Below are positions 34,749 through 43,432 of a stretch of DNA of 50,130 bases, in pieces. The stretch covers positions 1 to 50,130 of the forward strand of contig PWMT01000053.1 of assembly GCA_003558085.1 (NCBI GenBank), given 5' to 3'. The position numbers were made by a program, and so were the translations under genes. Under the pieces are notes generated by a model. The model saw nothing but the letters and a program-made list of their open reading frames with translations, had not been told where the DNA came from and did no database searches. Within the stretch, counting starts at the first letter, position 1; each line of letters opens with the position of its first letter. This stretch comes from Methanobacteriaceae archaeon. GTDB lineage: Archaea > Methanobacteriota > Methanobacteria > Methanobacteriales > Methanobacteriaceae.

Positions 34749-35363
34749 ATGAACCAAGAACTGATAAAAAAAGCCCAAATTTTACGCAGCCGAGGATTTA
34801 CCACCGGTGAAATTGCAGACGAACTTAACGTTTCCAAAGACACTGCTCGATGGCTTAAATTACAAACCACTGCCAAGGGAGCTATTAAAGCTACCCAGGC
34901 ACCAATAGATTTTGCCATAAAATGGGATAGTTTAGGAGGAAGCTCTGCACGTTTAAGATATGTATCTGCTGCCATGGCAGATATATCATTAAAACACGGC
35001 CCTGCGGAAGTAATAATGGGTATTGCAGTCAGTGGAGTTCCTTTTGCAACTATGATGGCTGATATCTTAGACTTAGAAACTGGTATTGAAACGTATATAG
35101 CTGTTTTCCACCCCATAAAGCATAGGAAAGGAAAGGATGCCAAAGGAGCCATAAGTAGTAATTTCGCATCAGTAAAAAATAAGAAAGTGGTTATAGTAGA
35201 CGATGTAATAACTAGTGGTCGAACCATTAAAGAAGTGATTGATGTACTTAAACAGCAAGGGGCTGAACCAACAACAGTAACAGTACTTATAGATAAAAAA
35301 GGCATATCCGAGATAGACGGTGTTCCAGTAGAATCTCTCATAAAAGTAAGTAGATTAGGTTGA
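34749..35363 (+). CDS. gfcR: PyrE-like phosphoribosyltransferase with N-terminal HTH (GfcR-type regulator)
   Basis: [41 protein letters not shown] motif. Confidence 0.82.
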   Translation: MNQELIKKAQILRSRGFTTGEIADELNVSKDTARWLKLQTTAKGAIKATQAPIDFAIKWDSLGGSSARLRYVSAAMADISLKHGPAEVIMGIAVSGVPFATMMADILDLETGIETYIAVFHPIKHRKGKDAKGAISSNFASVKNKKVVIVDDVITSGRTIKEVIDVLKQQGAEPTTVTVLIDKKGISEIDGVPVESLIKVSRLG

Positions 35364-35671
35364 TATGCTTATATTCATCTAATTTTCACTAGTTTAGATT
35401 ATAAATTTATTTTTAGATTTGAACTTATTTAATAGTCCTATTTGAAAACAGATGATTTAATTTATATGTTTTATCATCTCTTTTTTTAAATAACTGAGAT
35501 TTAATAAATTGATTTTTTTATGAATATAGTGGATGTTTTAATTATTAATCAAAAAGTAAGACTTAAATAAGAAACTAAATTAAACACTATCTCAATTAAT
35601 TGCTTTTTAGAACAAAAGCAATAATATTTGTATTTAAAATATTAAAAAATAAGTAAAATGGAGGTAATAAA

Positions 35672-36478
35672 GTAAAAACCCAAAGAAAAATTATAATATT
35701 ATTGATTTCATTATTAATTTTAATTTCTGCGGTAGCAGCAATTTCTTTTAATAGAGGAATTGTAGGGCCAAATTTTAGATCAGAAAATATAGGAGATTTG
35801 CTTCCTATAGGCAACGGAGATAATTTAAATCAATCAAGTATTGATGAAGAAACAGGTAATGTAACTGAAAAGCCAGACGATAGTCCTACCACTGCTTCCA
35901 GTAATATTCTTGGAACTAGGGATTATGGGCGTGTGCTGAAAAGAGGACCTTATGGTAATATAAATTCAGATGTCAAGGTAGCCTATATTGTAGGAGTACA
36001 TCCTTGGGAGCATAATGCACATCAAGCCGCCATAGAATCAATTCAAAGTCGCGATAATTCCCTAAATAAATGTTACTATATCTATCAGGTTGTTGTTACT
36101 AGAAATGCAGAAGATTATAGTCAGGGAAGGATGAATGGACAATTATTGGCCAATGCTTATGCGGTGCCAGATATAATAAATAATGATTTCCAGCTCGCCG
36201 TGGATATACACTCTCATCAAGGCAATTATCCAGAAGATAGATTTATGTTTTCTCCCATTCCTGGAGGCAGATCTGAATCCATAGCACGGAGAATAGCTGG
36301 TTAAATTCCAGGGATGATATACTTTGTTCCTCATCCCCAGAGTAGTCCAGAATATGTGACTATTCCTCTTATAAATGCAGGTATACCTTCGGTGATCTTT
36401 GAAACACTCATTGATGAACCTTACAGCACCACTCAAAGCTATGTTAACAATTTAGTTACAGTCGTGGATAATATATGA
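35672..36478 (+). pseudogene. Disrupted membrane-anchored M14-like zinc peptidase/deacylase gene (in-frame TAA at 36302-36304)
   Basis: N-terminal hydrophobic anchor, GVHPWE and DIHS motifs; frame stays open 57 codons past TAA (IPGMIYFVPHPQSSPEYVTIPLINAGIPSVIFET...DNI, TGA 36476-36478); GTA in start position after GGAGGT. Confidence 0.72.
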
Positions 36479-36868
36479 GTCTCATATATTTAGATGCTAA
36501 GAATAAAGGAGAGTAGCTTTTTTTCTATAAGGTCATAGAAAATTATACTTCTTTTATTTTATTTTAAGTAAAATTAACTATTTTCACTAAAAATAGAATT
36601 AGTATAAAACTTTTTTTTTAAATTTATACTTTTTTTAATCCAATTAGAGCAGTACCAATTAGACCATAAACAAATGAAATGGGTATTAATGATCTATAAA
36701 AATATAATATAACATTATTGGAAGATTTATGCTAAAAGATTTTAATAAGTGTTCGTAAATGAACATTAATTTAAGTTATTAATTTCAATTTAGACAGACA
36801 TACTAATAGAAAAAAATTATTCCTTTAATCTAAAAGTTTATTTGGAATCATTTCTTTTCAGGAGATAA

Positions 36869-37456
36869 TTATTGCCCTTGGAAACTGTAAACTACTAATT
36901 CAAATTTAGGGAGAGTTTCATTATATCTTTCTAGGGTGGTGACACCTCCAAATCTATAATAAACTGATCCTGGGACAACTTCGTAGTGTATGGTTAGGGC
37001 CTGTTTTGGTATACCCTCTTTATGCCAACTTTTTATAAATTCCACGGCCCTCATCCCATTAACTGTAATATTACGTGATGAGACTTCTTCTTGTCCAAGA
37101 TTTGCTATATCAACCCTATAAGTACTCATCATTTCATCTAGAGAGGTCACATATCGAGGTTTTATGTAAAAATAAGTTTCATTATCCGGGTCGCTCGGAT
37201 CCTCAAATGCCGCAGTAGCAGGGCCAACTCCCCACCTAGCTTTATTATAGAGATTATCTATTTGTTTCCATTCAGCAGGATAATTAAAAGTCACGCCATT
37301 TTCAGCATAAGTCATATTTGCAATGTGGGTTATATTGCTATTATTAATATGATTATTATCATCTAGTCTAGGAGAATTAATCACTTCTAAATTAAACATG
37401 AAAAAGAGAAAAAGTATCAAAATTAAGGATAACACTGCAAACAAGATTTTTTTCAT
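36869..37456 (-). CDS. Secreted/membrane-anchored hypothetical protein, PsbP/Mog1-like
   Basis: MKK + hydrophobic signal; TY.ENGVTFNYP.EW; ITVNG..A.E; C-terminal F..VV.SF pattern. Confidence 0.65.
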   Translation of the reverse strand: MKKILFAVLSLILILFLFFMFNLEVINSPRLDDNNHINNSNITHIANMTYAENGVTFNYPAEWKQIDNLYNKARWGVGPATAAFEDPSDPDNETYFYIKPRYVTSLDEMMSTYRVDIANLGQEEVSSRNITVNGMRAVEFIKSWHKEGIPKQALTIHYEVVPGSVYYRFGGVTTLERYNETLPKFELVVYSFQGQ

Positions 37457-37805
37457 CTATTACTCCCCATTATAAGCATCATTCAATTTTTATTAAAGCT
37501 ATTACATTCTTTTAATATTTAAATCTAACCATGATTTATTTTGTCCTGATTGATTTTTAATATTTTTAGAATTTTTATATGATTTTTTCAAATTTTTTAA
37601 ACCTTTTTTTTTGATTGTATAATATTCCTTAATTATTTTAAAATTTAAAATTAATAGCACAAAAGTGGACTAGGTAAATTTTTATAAATTTTCTTTAAGC
37701 TTATAAACAAAGTTATCAAAATAATCTGCCCCAGCCCCATATAATAATATAAAAATTAGGATATAAGTCTAATTCTGATCTTTTTATTGATAAAGTTTAA
37801 ATATT

Positions 37806-39041
37806 TTATTTTCCAGTTCTATAGCGAAGTATAGCAGCAATACCGCCAAAGGCACGTAAAAGTTGCATTCCTTCTTCAGTTTCGGTTGATATGATTTCTA
37901 CTTGCGAATTAACATCCTCTGCCATTTTTATTAGATCTTCAATTATATCTCTGGATTCAATCATCTTCATTTTATCGTTACATACATCACATGTTTCTTC
38001 GACAGCTACTTTATGTTTTTTACTGGTTTTTGATTTTTTATTTCCACAGGAAGTACATTGATAATCTATACGATTAGCTACTAAATCCTCTGATAATAAT
38101 AGTATTTCCACTGCACCAATTTGTAAATTATTTCTAACTTCTTTTTCTCCATAAGAAGCCAACCCATCACTGGAAACTAATTGTCGTAAAAATTTTTGCA
38201 TCAGTTTTTTCTCTTTCATCACATCTATTTCATTTAATACATCCATAGACTTTTCAATAATCTCCCTTATACCAAATTCTCCAGTATAGGAGGTATCCAC
38301 GGTGGTTATAACTTTTTTCTTAATTTCATGATGAATGTAATCTCCATTTAAAAAATCTTCCTTAGTGTGACCTGGACCACCTAAGATTACTCCTTCAAGA
38401 TCTTTTAAGGATAAAAATGCATCGTTAATTGTATCTCCTATTCTTTTAAGAAATTCATGGGCTGCTAATTCAATTAAACGATCAAAACGCCTTTGAGACT
38501 GACCACCAGCTTTATGTTTACCTGGTACTCCACTAGTTAATGTTTTGAGTATATCTATTCTTTTTCCTTTAAGCACGGCTATGGTTGCTTCTTTACGATC
38601 TAATACTGCCAAGCCATAGACTTCTTTATCTCCTAACATTTCCTCAAGAGGTTCCAGGTAAAATTGAGAATCACAATGATACGTGTAAGTTTGAAGCGGT
38701 TCAGGGGGCTCAAAAACATAGGTTTCCATTTTCTCAGTGCCTGGACCACCTTTAGGTATCATGCCTACAAAAAGAACTAAACCTCTTTCTGGAGGCTTAG
38801 GAAAAAGTTTTAAACGTTGCATAATAACTTCAATTGCTGATTGAACATTCTTCCTAGTTTGTTTACTTTTAATATTTGCACTCTGACTTAGTTCTTCCTT
38901 CATATGTTTTACCACGTCAGATATCTGCCTGTCTGGTGGTATATATACCGAAACCAGTTCCGTGCCTCTACCTTTTTTATCTGACAAGTCTTGAAGGATT
39001 TTTTTGAATTCGTAAAGTTCAGTTGATGATACATCGCTCAA
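37806..39041 (-). CDS. prf1: Peptide chain release factor aRF1
   Basis: [44 protein letters not shown]. Confidence 0.97.
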   Translation of the reverse strand: MSDVSSTELYEFKKILQDLSDKKGRGTELVSVYIPPDRQISDVVKHMKEELSQSANIKSKQTRKNVQSAIEVIMQRLKLFPKPPERGLVLFVGMIPKGGPGTEKMETYVFEPPEPLQTYTYHCDSQFYLEPLEEMLGDKEVYGLAVLDRKEATIAVLKGKRIDILKTLTSGVPGKHKAGGQSQRRFDRLIELAAHEFLKRIGDTINDAFLSLKDLEGVILGGPGHTKEDFLNGDYIHHEIKKKVITTVDTSYTGEFGIREIIEKSMDVLNEIDVMKEKKLMQKFLRQLVSSDGLASYGEKEVRNNLQIGAVEILLLSEDLVANRIDYQCTSCGNKKSKTSKKHKVAVEETCDVCNDKMKMIESRDIIEDLIKMAEDVNSQVEIISTETEEGMQLLRAFGGIAAILRYRTGK

Positions 39042-39216
39042 GATAGCTCACTCCTAAAATATTTGTTTTTATGACTAGTTGAAATTCATTTAAATAAAAA
39101 AAAGTGATTTAGGTCAAGCATTCAAATAAATAAAGAATAATTGAAACATATTATTAAATTTATAATTCCTTTTAAATATATGTTGTTAATAAGTAAGTAT
39201 GAATTTAAGCCTATAA

Positions 39217-39365
39217 AATTTATACTGGCCAAAATAATATCTAAATAATTTATACTGGTCAAAAGAATATCATAAATAAATAAGTCCTACATTATACAGG
39301 ACCCAAAGAATAAGATACAAATAACTCCTAAATTATACCGGATAAGAAAATAAATAACTCCTAAA
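39217..39365. repeat. Degenerate direct-repeat array in the prf1/pyrH divergent intergenic region
   Basis: TTATAC(T/A/C)GG core at 39220, 39250, 39292, 39333; aaataactcctaaa at 39319 and 39352 with variant at 39278. Confidence 0.75.
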
Positions 39366-39471
39366 ACTAGAAAAAATATACTTAAAAACTAAAAAAATAT
39401 TTTTTATAAAATATTATTTAAAATAAAAAGATTATCTAGTGTAATTCTAATAAAGGGGCAGGTGAAAATTA

Positions 39472-40143
39472 ATGAGAATAGTAATTACTATTGGAGGATC
39501 CGTAGTTATAAAGGCTTATGAACATCAGAAATTTCAAGAATATGCTAAAATTCTTAGTTCCCTAAAGCAAGATCACCAAATATTTATTGTAGTGGGAGGA
39601 GGGAAACCCGCTCGAGATTATATACAAATCGCCCGGGATTTGAAAGCCGGGGAAGCACATTGTGATGATATAGGTATTGATATTACTCGTCTAAATGCAA
39701 AACTTTTAATTATAGCACTAGGAGATGATGCTTATCCCTCAGTACCTGAAAATTTCCAGGAGGCAGTGGCCTATTCCACTAGTAATAGGATAGTGGTGAT
39801 GGGCGGTACTGAGCCAGCGCATAGTACTGATGCTGTGGGAGCCATATTAGCTGAATATGTTAAAGCTGATCTTCTAGTAAATCTGACCTCGGTGGATGGA
39901 TTATATGATAAAGATCCTAAAATATATGATGATGCTGTTCTACTTGAAAAAATATCTGCTCAGGAAATGTGGGAATTTTTAAGAGAAAAAGATTCTAAAG
40001 CTGGTACCTATGAATTCTTTGATCTTACTGCCGTGCAGATGATTAAAAGATCTGGAATTAAAACCGTGATTATAAATGGAGATCTTCCAGAAAATTTACT
40101 TAAGGTTTTAGGCAACCATAAAATTGGCACTAGGATTGTTTAA
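39472..40143 (+). CDS. pyrH: Uridylate kinase
   Basis: [42 protein letters not shown]. Confidence 0.95.
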   Translation: MRIVITIGGSVVIKAYEHQKFQEYAKILSSLKQDHQIFIVVGGGKPARDYIQIARDLKAGEAHCDDIGIDITRLNAKLLIIALGDDAYPSVPENFQEAVAYSTSNRIVVMGGTEPAHSTDAVGAILAEYVKADLLVNLTSVDGLYDKDPKIYDDAVLLEKISAQEMWEFLREKDSKAGTYEFFDLTAVQMIKRSGIKTVIINGDLPENLLKVLGNHKIGTRIV

Positions 40144-40187
40144 TCTAAAATTAAAGATAAATTGAAAAACTAAAAAAGGTGAAAAAA

Positions 40188-40373
40188 ATGACCAAACCTC
40201 ATAGACATTGTAATGTTTGCGGTACTCCTATCCCCCTAGAAGAGAGGACTTGTTCTGATAAATGTGAAAAAATTCTTAAAGAAAACCAGAATAGAGTAAG
40301 AAAAACTAGGATATTAATATATGCCATATTTGGGATAGTTATCTTGATATGGTTAGTTTTAGTATTATCCTAA
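40188..40373 (+). CDS. DUF2116 family Zn-ribbon membrane protein
   Basis: PHRHC.VCG..IP....CS..C followed by a C-terminal TM helix; AGGTGA RBS before ATG 40188. Confidence 0.85.
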   Translation: MTKPHRHCNVCGTPIPLEERTCSDKCEKILKENQNRVRKTRILIYAIFGIVILIWLVLVLS

Positions 40374-40423
40374 GATATGCTGAAAATAAATAGATTAAAA
40401 TCTTTATTTAATTTTCTTTAAAA

Positions 40424-40912
40424 TCATCTGCCTATTCTCAAAACAATTAGACCGTAAATTATTAGGCCCAATCCTATTATTATTGCTATATAGAGTGGAC
40501 TTAAATTCAATGCCGTAATCAATAGATAAAGAAAACCCAACAAAAGGAAACCTATTGCCAAATACTTTTTAATATTACTTCCTGGGGACGTAGATAACAT
40601 CAACACTCCGGCAATAATTATCAAGATACCGGTTATTAAAAGGTAGGAGACACCTAAATAGTCAATGGTTATTACCTGGAATATCATGGAAAATCCTAAA
40701 ACTAGAGAAACCATGGCAAAAATTCCCCAGACAAATGCTACACTCTGATTAGTTTTTACTTCATTCAAGAGATTAAAAACCATCCATATACCCATTCCAG
40801 CTAATATAAGACCAGATAGAATACCAATTGCAGTTAATCCTATAGCAGGAGAAAACAATAGTATTATCCCTACAATCAATGCTAAAATTCCAATCAAATT
40901 AAACTTCACCAT
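40424..40912 (-). CDS. Integral membrane protein, HdeD/DUF308-like
   Basis: About six short hydrophobic helices with repeated G-I/L..G pattern. Confidence 0.65.
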   Translation of the reverse strand: MVKFNLIGILALIVGIILLFSPAIGLTAIGILSGLILAGMGIWMVFNLLNEVKTNQSVAFVWGIFAMVSLVLGFSMIFQVITIDYLGVSYLLITGILIIIAGVLMLSTSPGSNIKKYLAIGFLLLGFLYLLITALNLSPLYIAIIIGLGLIIYGLIVLRIGR

Positions 40913-41204
40913 CTTATCACATTTTTATATTTGATTTATTATTATATATTAATAATGGTTGATCAAATTTTCTTCACTTAAGAGAATTATAAAAGTGGGA
41001 TGAACATTAATTGAAATTTTATATTCCTAATAATCCCTTTTTTATCCAAGGAAAATGATAAATTTTTTTATATGATGAATATCTTTTCCCCTAAACTTCA
41101 AGCTTTTCAGCTAAAAAAAACTATTTAGTATTATTTTTGAGGATTTATAATGAGGAAAGAGCATTATACAATAAAATTATAATGATAAAAAGAATTTAAG
41201 CCAT

Positions 41205-42035
41205 TTAAAATGGTATCCCCAAAATTTCAAATAATCCGGTTAATCTTAAGCCTATATATATTAATATTATGGCGAAAATTTGTTTTAAACGTTTTTCAGG
41301 AATTCTATGAGCATAATACGTTCCTAAATGTGCCATGGGAATACTTGTAGATGATAATAAAAATAAAAGAATTAAATTAACATAGCCCACTGAATAAGGA
41401 GGTAAATCAGGAATATTCCATCCCCAATAAATATAAGATAACATACCCCCTAAAGAAGAGAGGGTGATAGCCAAAGTAGATGTGCCTACTGCTTGTACCA
41501 TCTTAAATCCAAGGAATATCAACATTATGGGTACCAGTATTATACCTCCCCCAATACCGAAAAACCCAGAAGTTATGCCAGCCAAGAAACCCCACGCCAT
41601 TAGCTTAGAGAAAGTTAATCTATTAAGTTGTATGGCTCTAATTTTATTAAATTTTAAAAATTGATAGGCGATTAAAAATAGTAATGCTGCAAATAGTAGA
41701 GTTAATATCTCCACAGGGGTGATAGTGGCTAGATAACCCCCTATCCATCCCCCTAAAAATCCAAAAGTCCCCATATAAAGAGCTGGTTTAATCAGCACAT
41801 TTCTTCTAAGATGATGGGAGTAGGCACCACTTAGGGATGTAGGAATAATTACTGCTAAACTAGTGCCTAGTGATATGGGTAAGGCTATCTCCGGATCCAT
41901 ACCCATAGATTGTAATAGAAAGAATTGTAGAGGTACTAATAAAAAACCACCACCTATTCCCAGAATTCCAGTGGCCAATCCCACCCCCGAACCGGTGATA
42001 ATCAATATAATTACATGTTGTAAAAAAAGTTCCAT
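41205..42035 (-). CDS. Sulfite exporter TauE/SafE family protein
   Basis: Two GIGGG...VP repeats, each followed by GTS. Confidence 0.9.
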   Translation of the reverse strand: MELFLQHVIILIITGSGVGLATGILGIGGGFLLVPLQFFLLQSMGMDPEIALPISLGTSLAVIIPTSLSGAYSHHLRRNVLIKPALYMGTFGFLGGWIGGYLATITPVEILTLLFAALLFLIAYQFLKFNKIRAIQLNRLTFSKLMAWGFLAGITSGFFGIGGGIILVPIMLIFLGFKMVQAVGTSTLAITLSSLGGMLSYIYWGWNIPDLPPYSVGYVNLILLFLLSSTSIPMAHLGTYYAHRIPEKRLKQIFAIILIYIGLRLTGLFEILGIPF

Positions 42036-42065
42036 AACTAATAATTGTAAAAAGTAGAATAAAAT

Positions 42066-42159
42066 ATTTATAAATTAACACTTAATCTAGAAGATAAAAT
42101 TGGCTACTAAAAGATTTATAAATTAACACTTAATCTACAGGATAAAAGTGGCTATTAAA
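42066..42159. repeat. Direct duplication of a 46-bp unit (48-bp period) carrying TTTATAAA
   Basis: atttataaattaacacttaatctagaagataaaattggctactaaa (42066-42111) vs atttataaattaacacttaatctacaggataaaagtggctattaaa (42114-42159). Confidence 0.9.
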
Positions 42160-42313
42160 TTAAAAGTTAATATTAATTTTAAAACACGAATACCTATTTA
42201 AATTATTTTAATTAATGCTTCAAATCCCAAGACCATATAATCATTAAAATTAATATATAAATAAAATGAGTAAATGTTCATCAAGCCATATAGGATAAGA
42301 TAAATCTCAACTG

Positions 42314-43336
42314 GTGATATATATTAAAATTAACCGTCTAAGTTTAATTGGAATTATACTCTTAATTATAGGATTAATAATAGTTTTCACTGATTTAATC
42401 ACCCCTATCATACGACCGTTCACTTATACTTTCTTAATGGGGTCTTCGAAAGGTAAAGATATACTCTTCTTCTTTTTAATGGGTAGTATGCTACTGATCA
42501 GTCCTTTATTTTCCACGAAAAGTTACCTGTATAAGAAAATAAACACCTTCAATTTCTTTAAAAGCTGGAATAAGAATGATTTCCTAAAAATGGTTATTAT
42601 TTTAGTCCTAGTTACTTATGCCATGGGCATAATCATTGAAATTTGGTTGAGATTAAATTTTGATGTATCTCTATTTACTACCTTCGTTGCACTAGAACCC
42701 CACCCTAATTCCACCAGTATTTTACACAGCCATGTATTTAAAGGAGCTATCAGCCCTATTTTCAGTTCTCTAGTTTCATTTAACTCCAATATATATACTG
42801 GTGAATCTTTAATACAATATTTACCTGCTGTAGTTGGAATAATCTTTCTAAGCGTCCCGCTCGTATATTTAGGAGGTTTGTTTAGTCTAGGGGATAGAAG
42901 AGATTCCCAAAAAGCAATTCTTATATTTGCCTTGGCAACAAGCATAATTGGAATGATTGATGGTGGTCTACTATCCACTCCTGGTCTAGTGGGGCTAGCA
43001 GGGATTCTTGGAATCAGTGCCATTAAAGTACCCTTCAACTTAAAAAATTTATTTACTCCCGCTCTAATCATTGCATTATTAGTGATTTTAAGGGTTTTCT
43101 TAGGTCTTTTTCTATCTGTACCTGATTATTATGAAGTGACCGTGCTTGGTGTTAGTGATGATATAGAACTTGCCGGTTATGAAGTACTATCCTCCCGTAC
43201 CGTAAATGATAAAACTATTTTTAAATTAAATTCAAATTATAATGAATTGGAATTGCTAAACAATTTAACTCTGAACTTAAAAGGAAAAGCAGAAGGTTTT
43301 TTTATTTCCTGGAATTTTTATTCATTCTTTAAATAA
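42314..43336 (+). CDS. Hypothetical polytopic membrane protein
   Basis: 340-aa ORF, 7-8 hydrophobic segments, distinctive polar motifs GSSKGKD, STSILHSHVFKG, GMIDGGLLSTP; start uncertain. Confidence 0.75.
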   Translation: MIYIKINRLSLIGIILLIIGLIIVFTDLITPIIRPFTYTFLMGSSKGKDILFFFLMGSMLLISPLFSTKSYLYKKINTFNFFKSWNKNDFLKMVIILVLVTYAMGIIIEIWLRLNFDVSLFTTFVALEPHPNSTSILHSHVFKGAISPIFSSLVSFNSNIYTGESLIQYLPAVVGIIFLSVPLVYLGGLFSLGDRRDSQKAILIFALATSIIGMIDGGLLSTPGLVGLAGILGISAIKVPFNLKNLFTPALIIALLVILRVFLGLFLSVPDYYEVTVLGVSDDIELAGYEVLSSRTVNDKTIFKLNSNYNELELLNNLTLNLKGKAEGFFISWNFYSFFK

Positions 43337-43432
43337 GAGATTGACCACTAATCTAATAATTATTGAGAAAGAATTTTAAATTATAAAAACAATATTGATT
43401 GAAGCATATCCCCCTAGTCGGGACTGAGGATT

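Noticed and set aside
34749..35363. True orotate phosphoribosyltransferase (pyrE)
   Set aside because: N-terminal HTH and SSNFA motif indicate the PyrE-like GfcR family
36302..36304. Stop-codon reassignment, pyrrolysine or selenocysteine recoding
   Set aside because: The codon is TAA, which ends most genes here; Pyl uses TAG and Sec uses TGA; the nearby aRF1 has canonical NIKS and GGQ motifs
39217..39365. Replication origin (ORB repeats)
   Set aside because: Repeats do not resemble the ORB/mini-ORB consensus as I recall it, and no cdc6/orc1 gene is adjacent
43408..43431. Hairpin sequestering the glycosyltransferase RBS (cctagtcgggactgagg)
   Set aside because: Stem is short and bulged; too weak to call without conservation data
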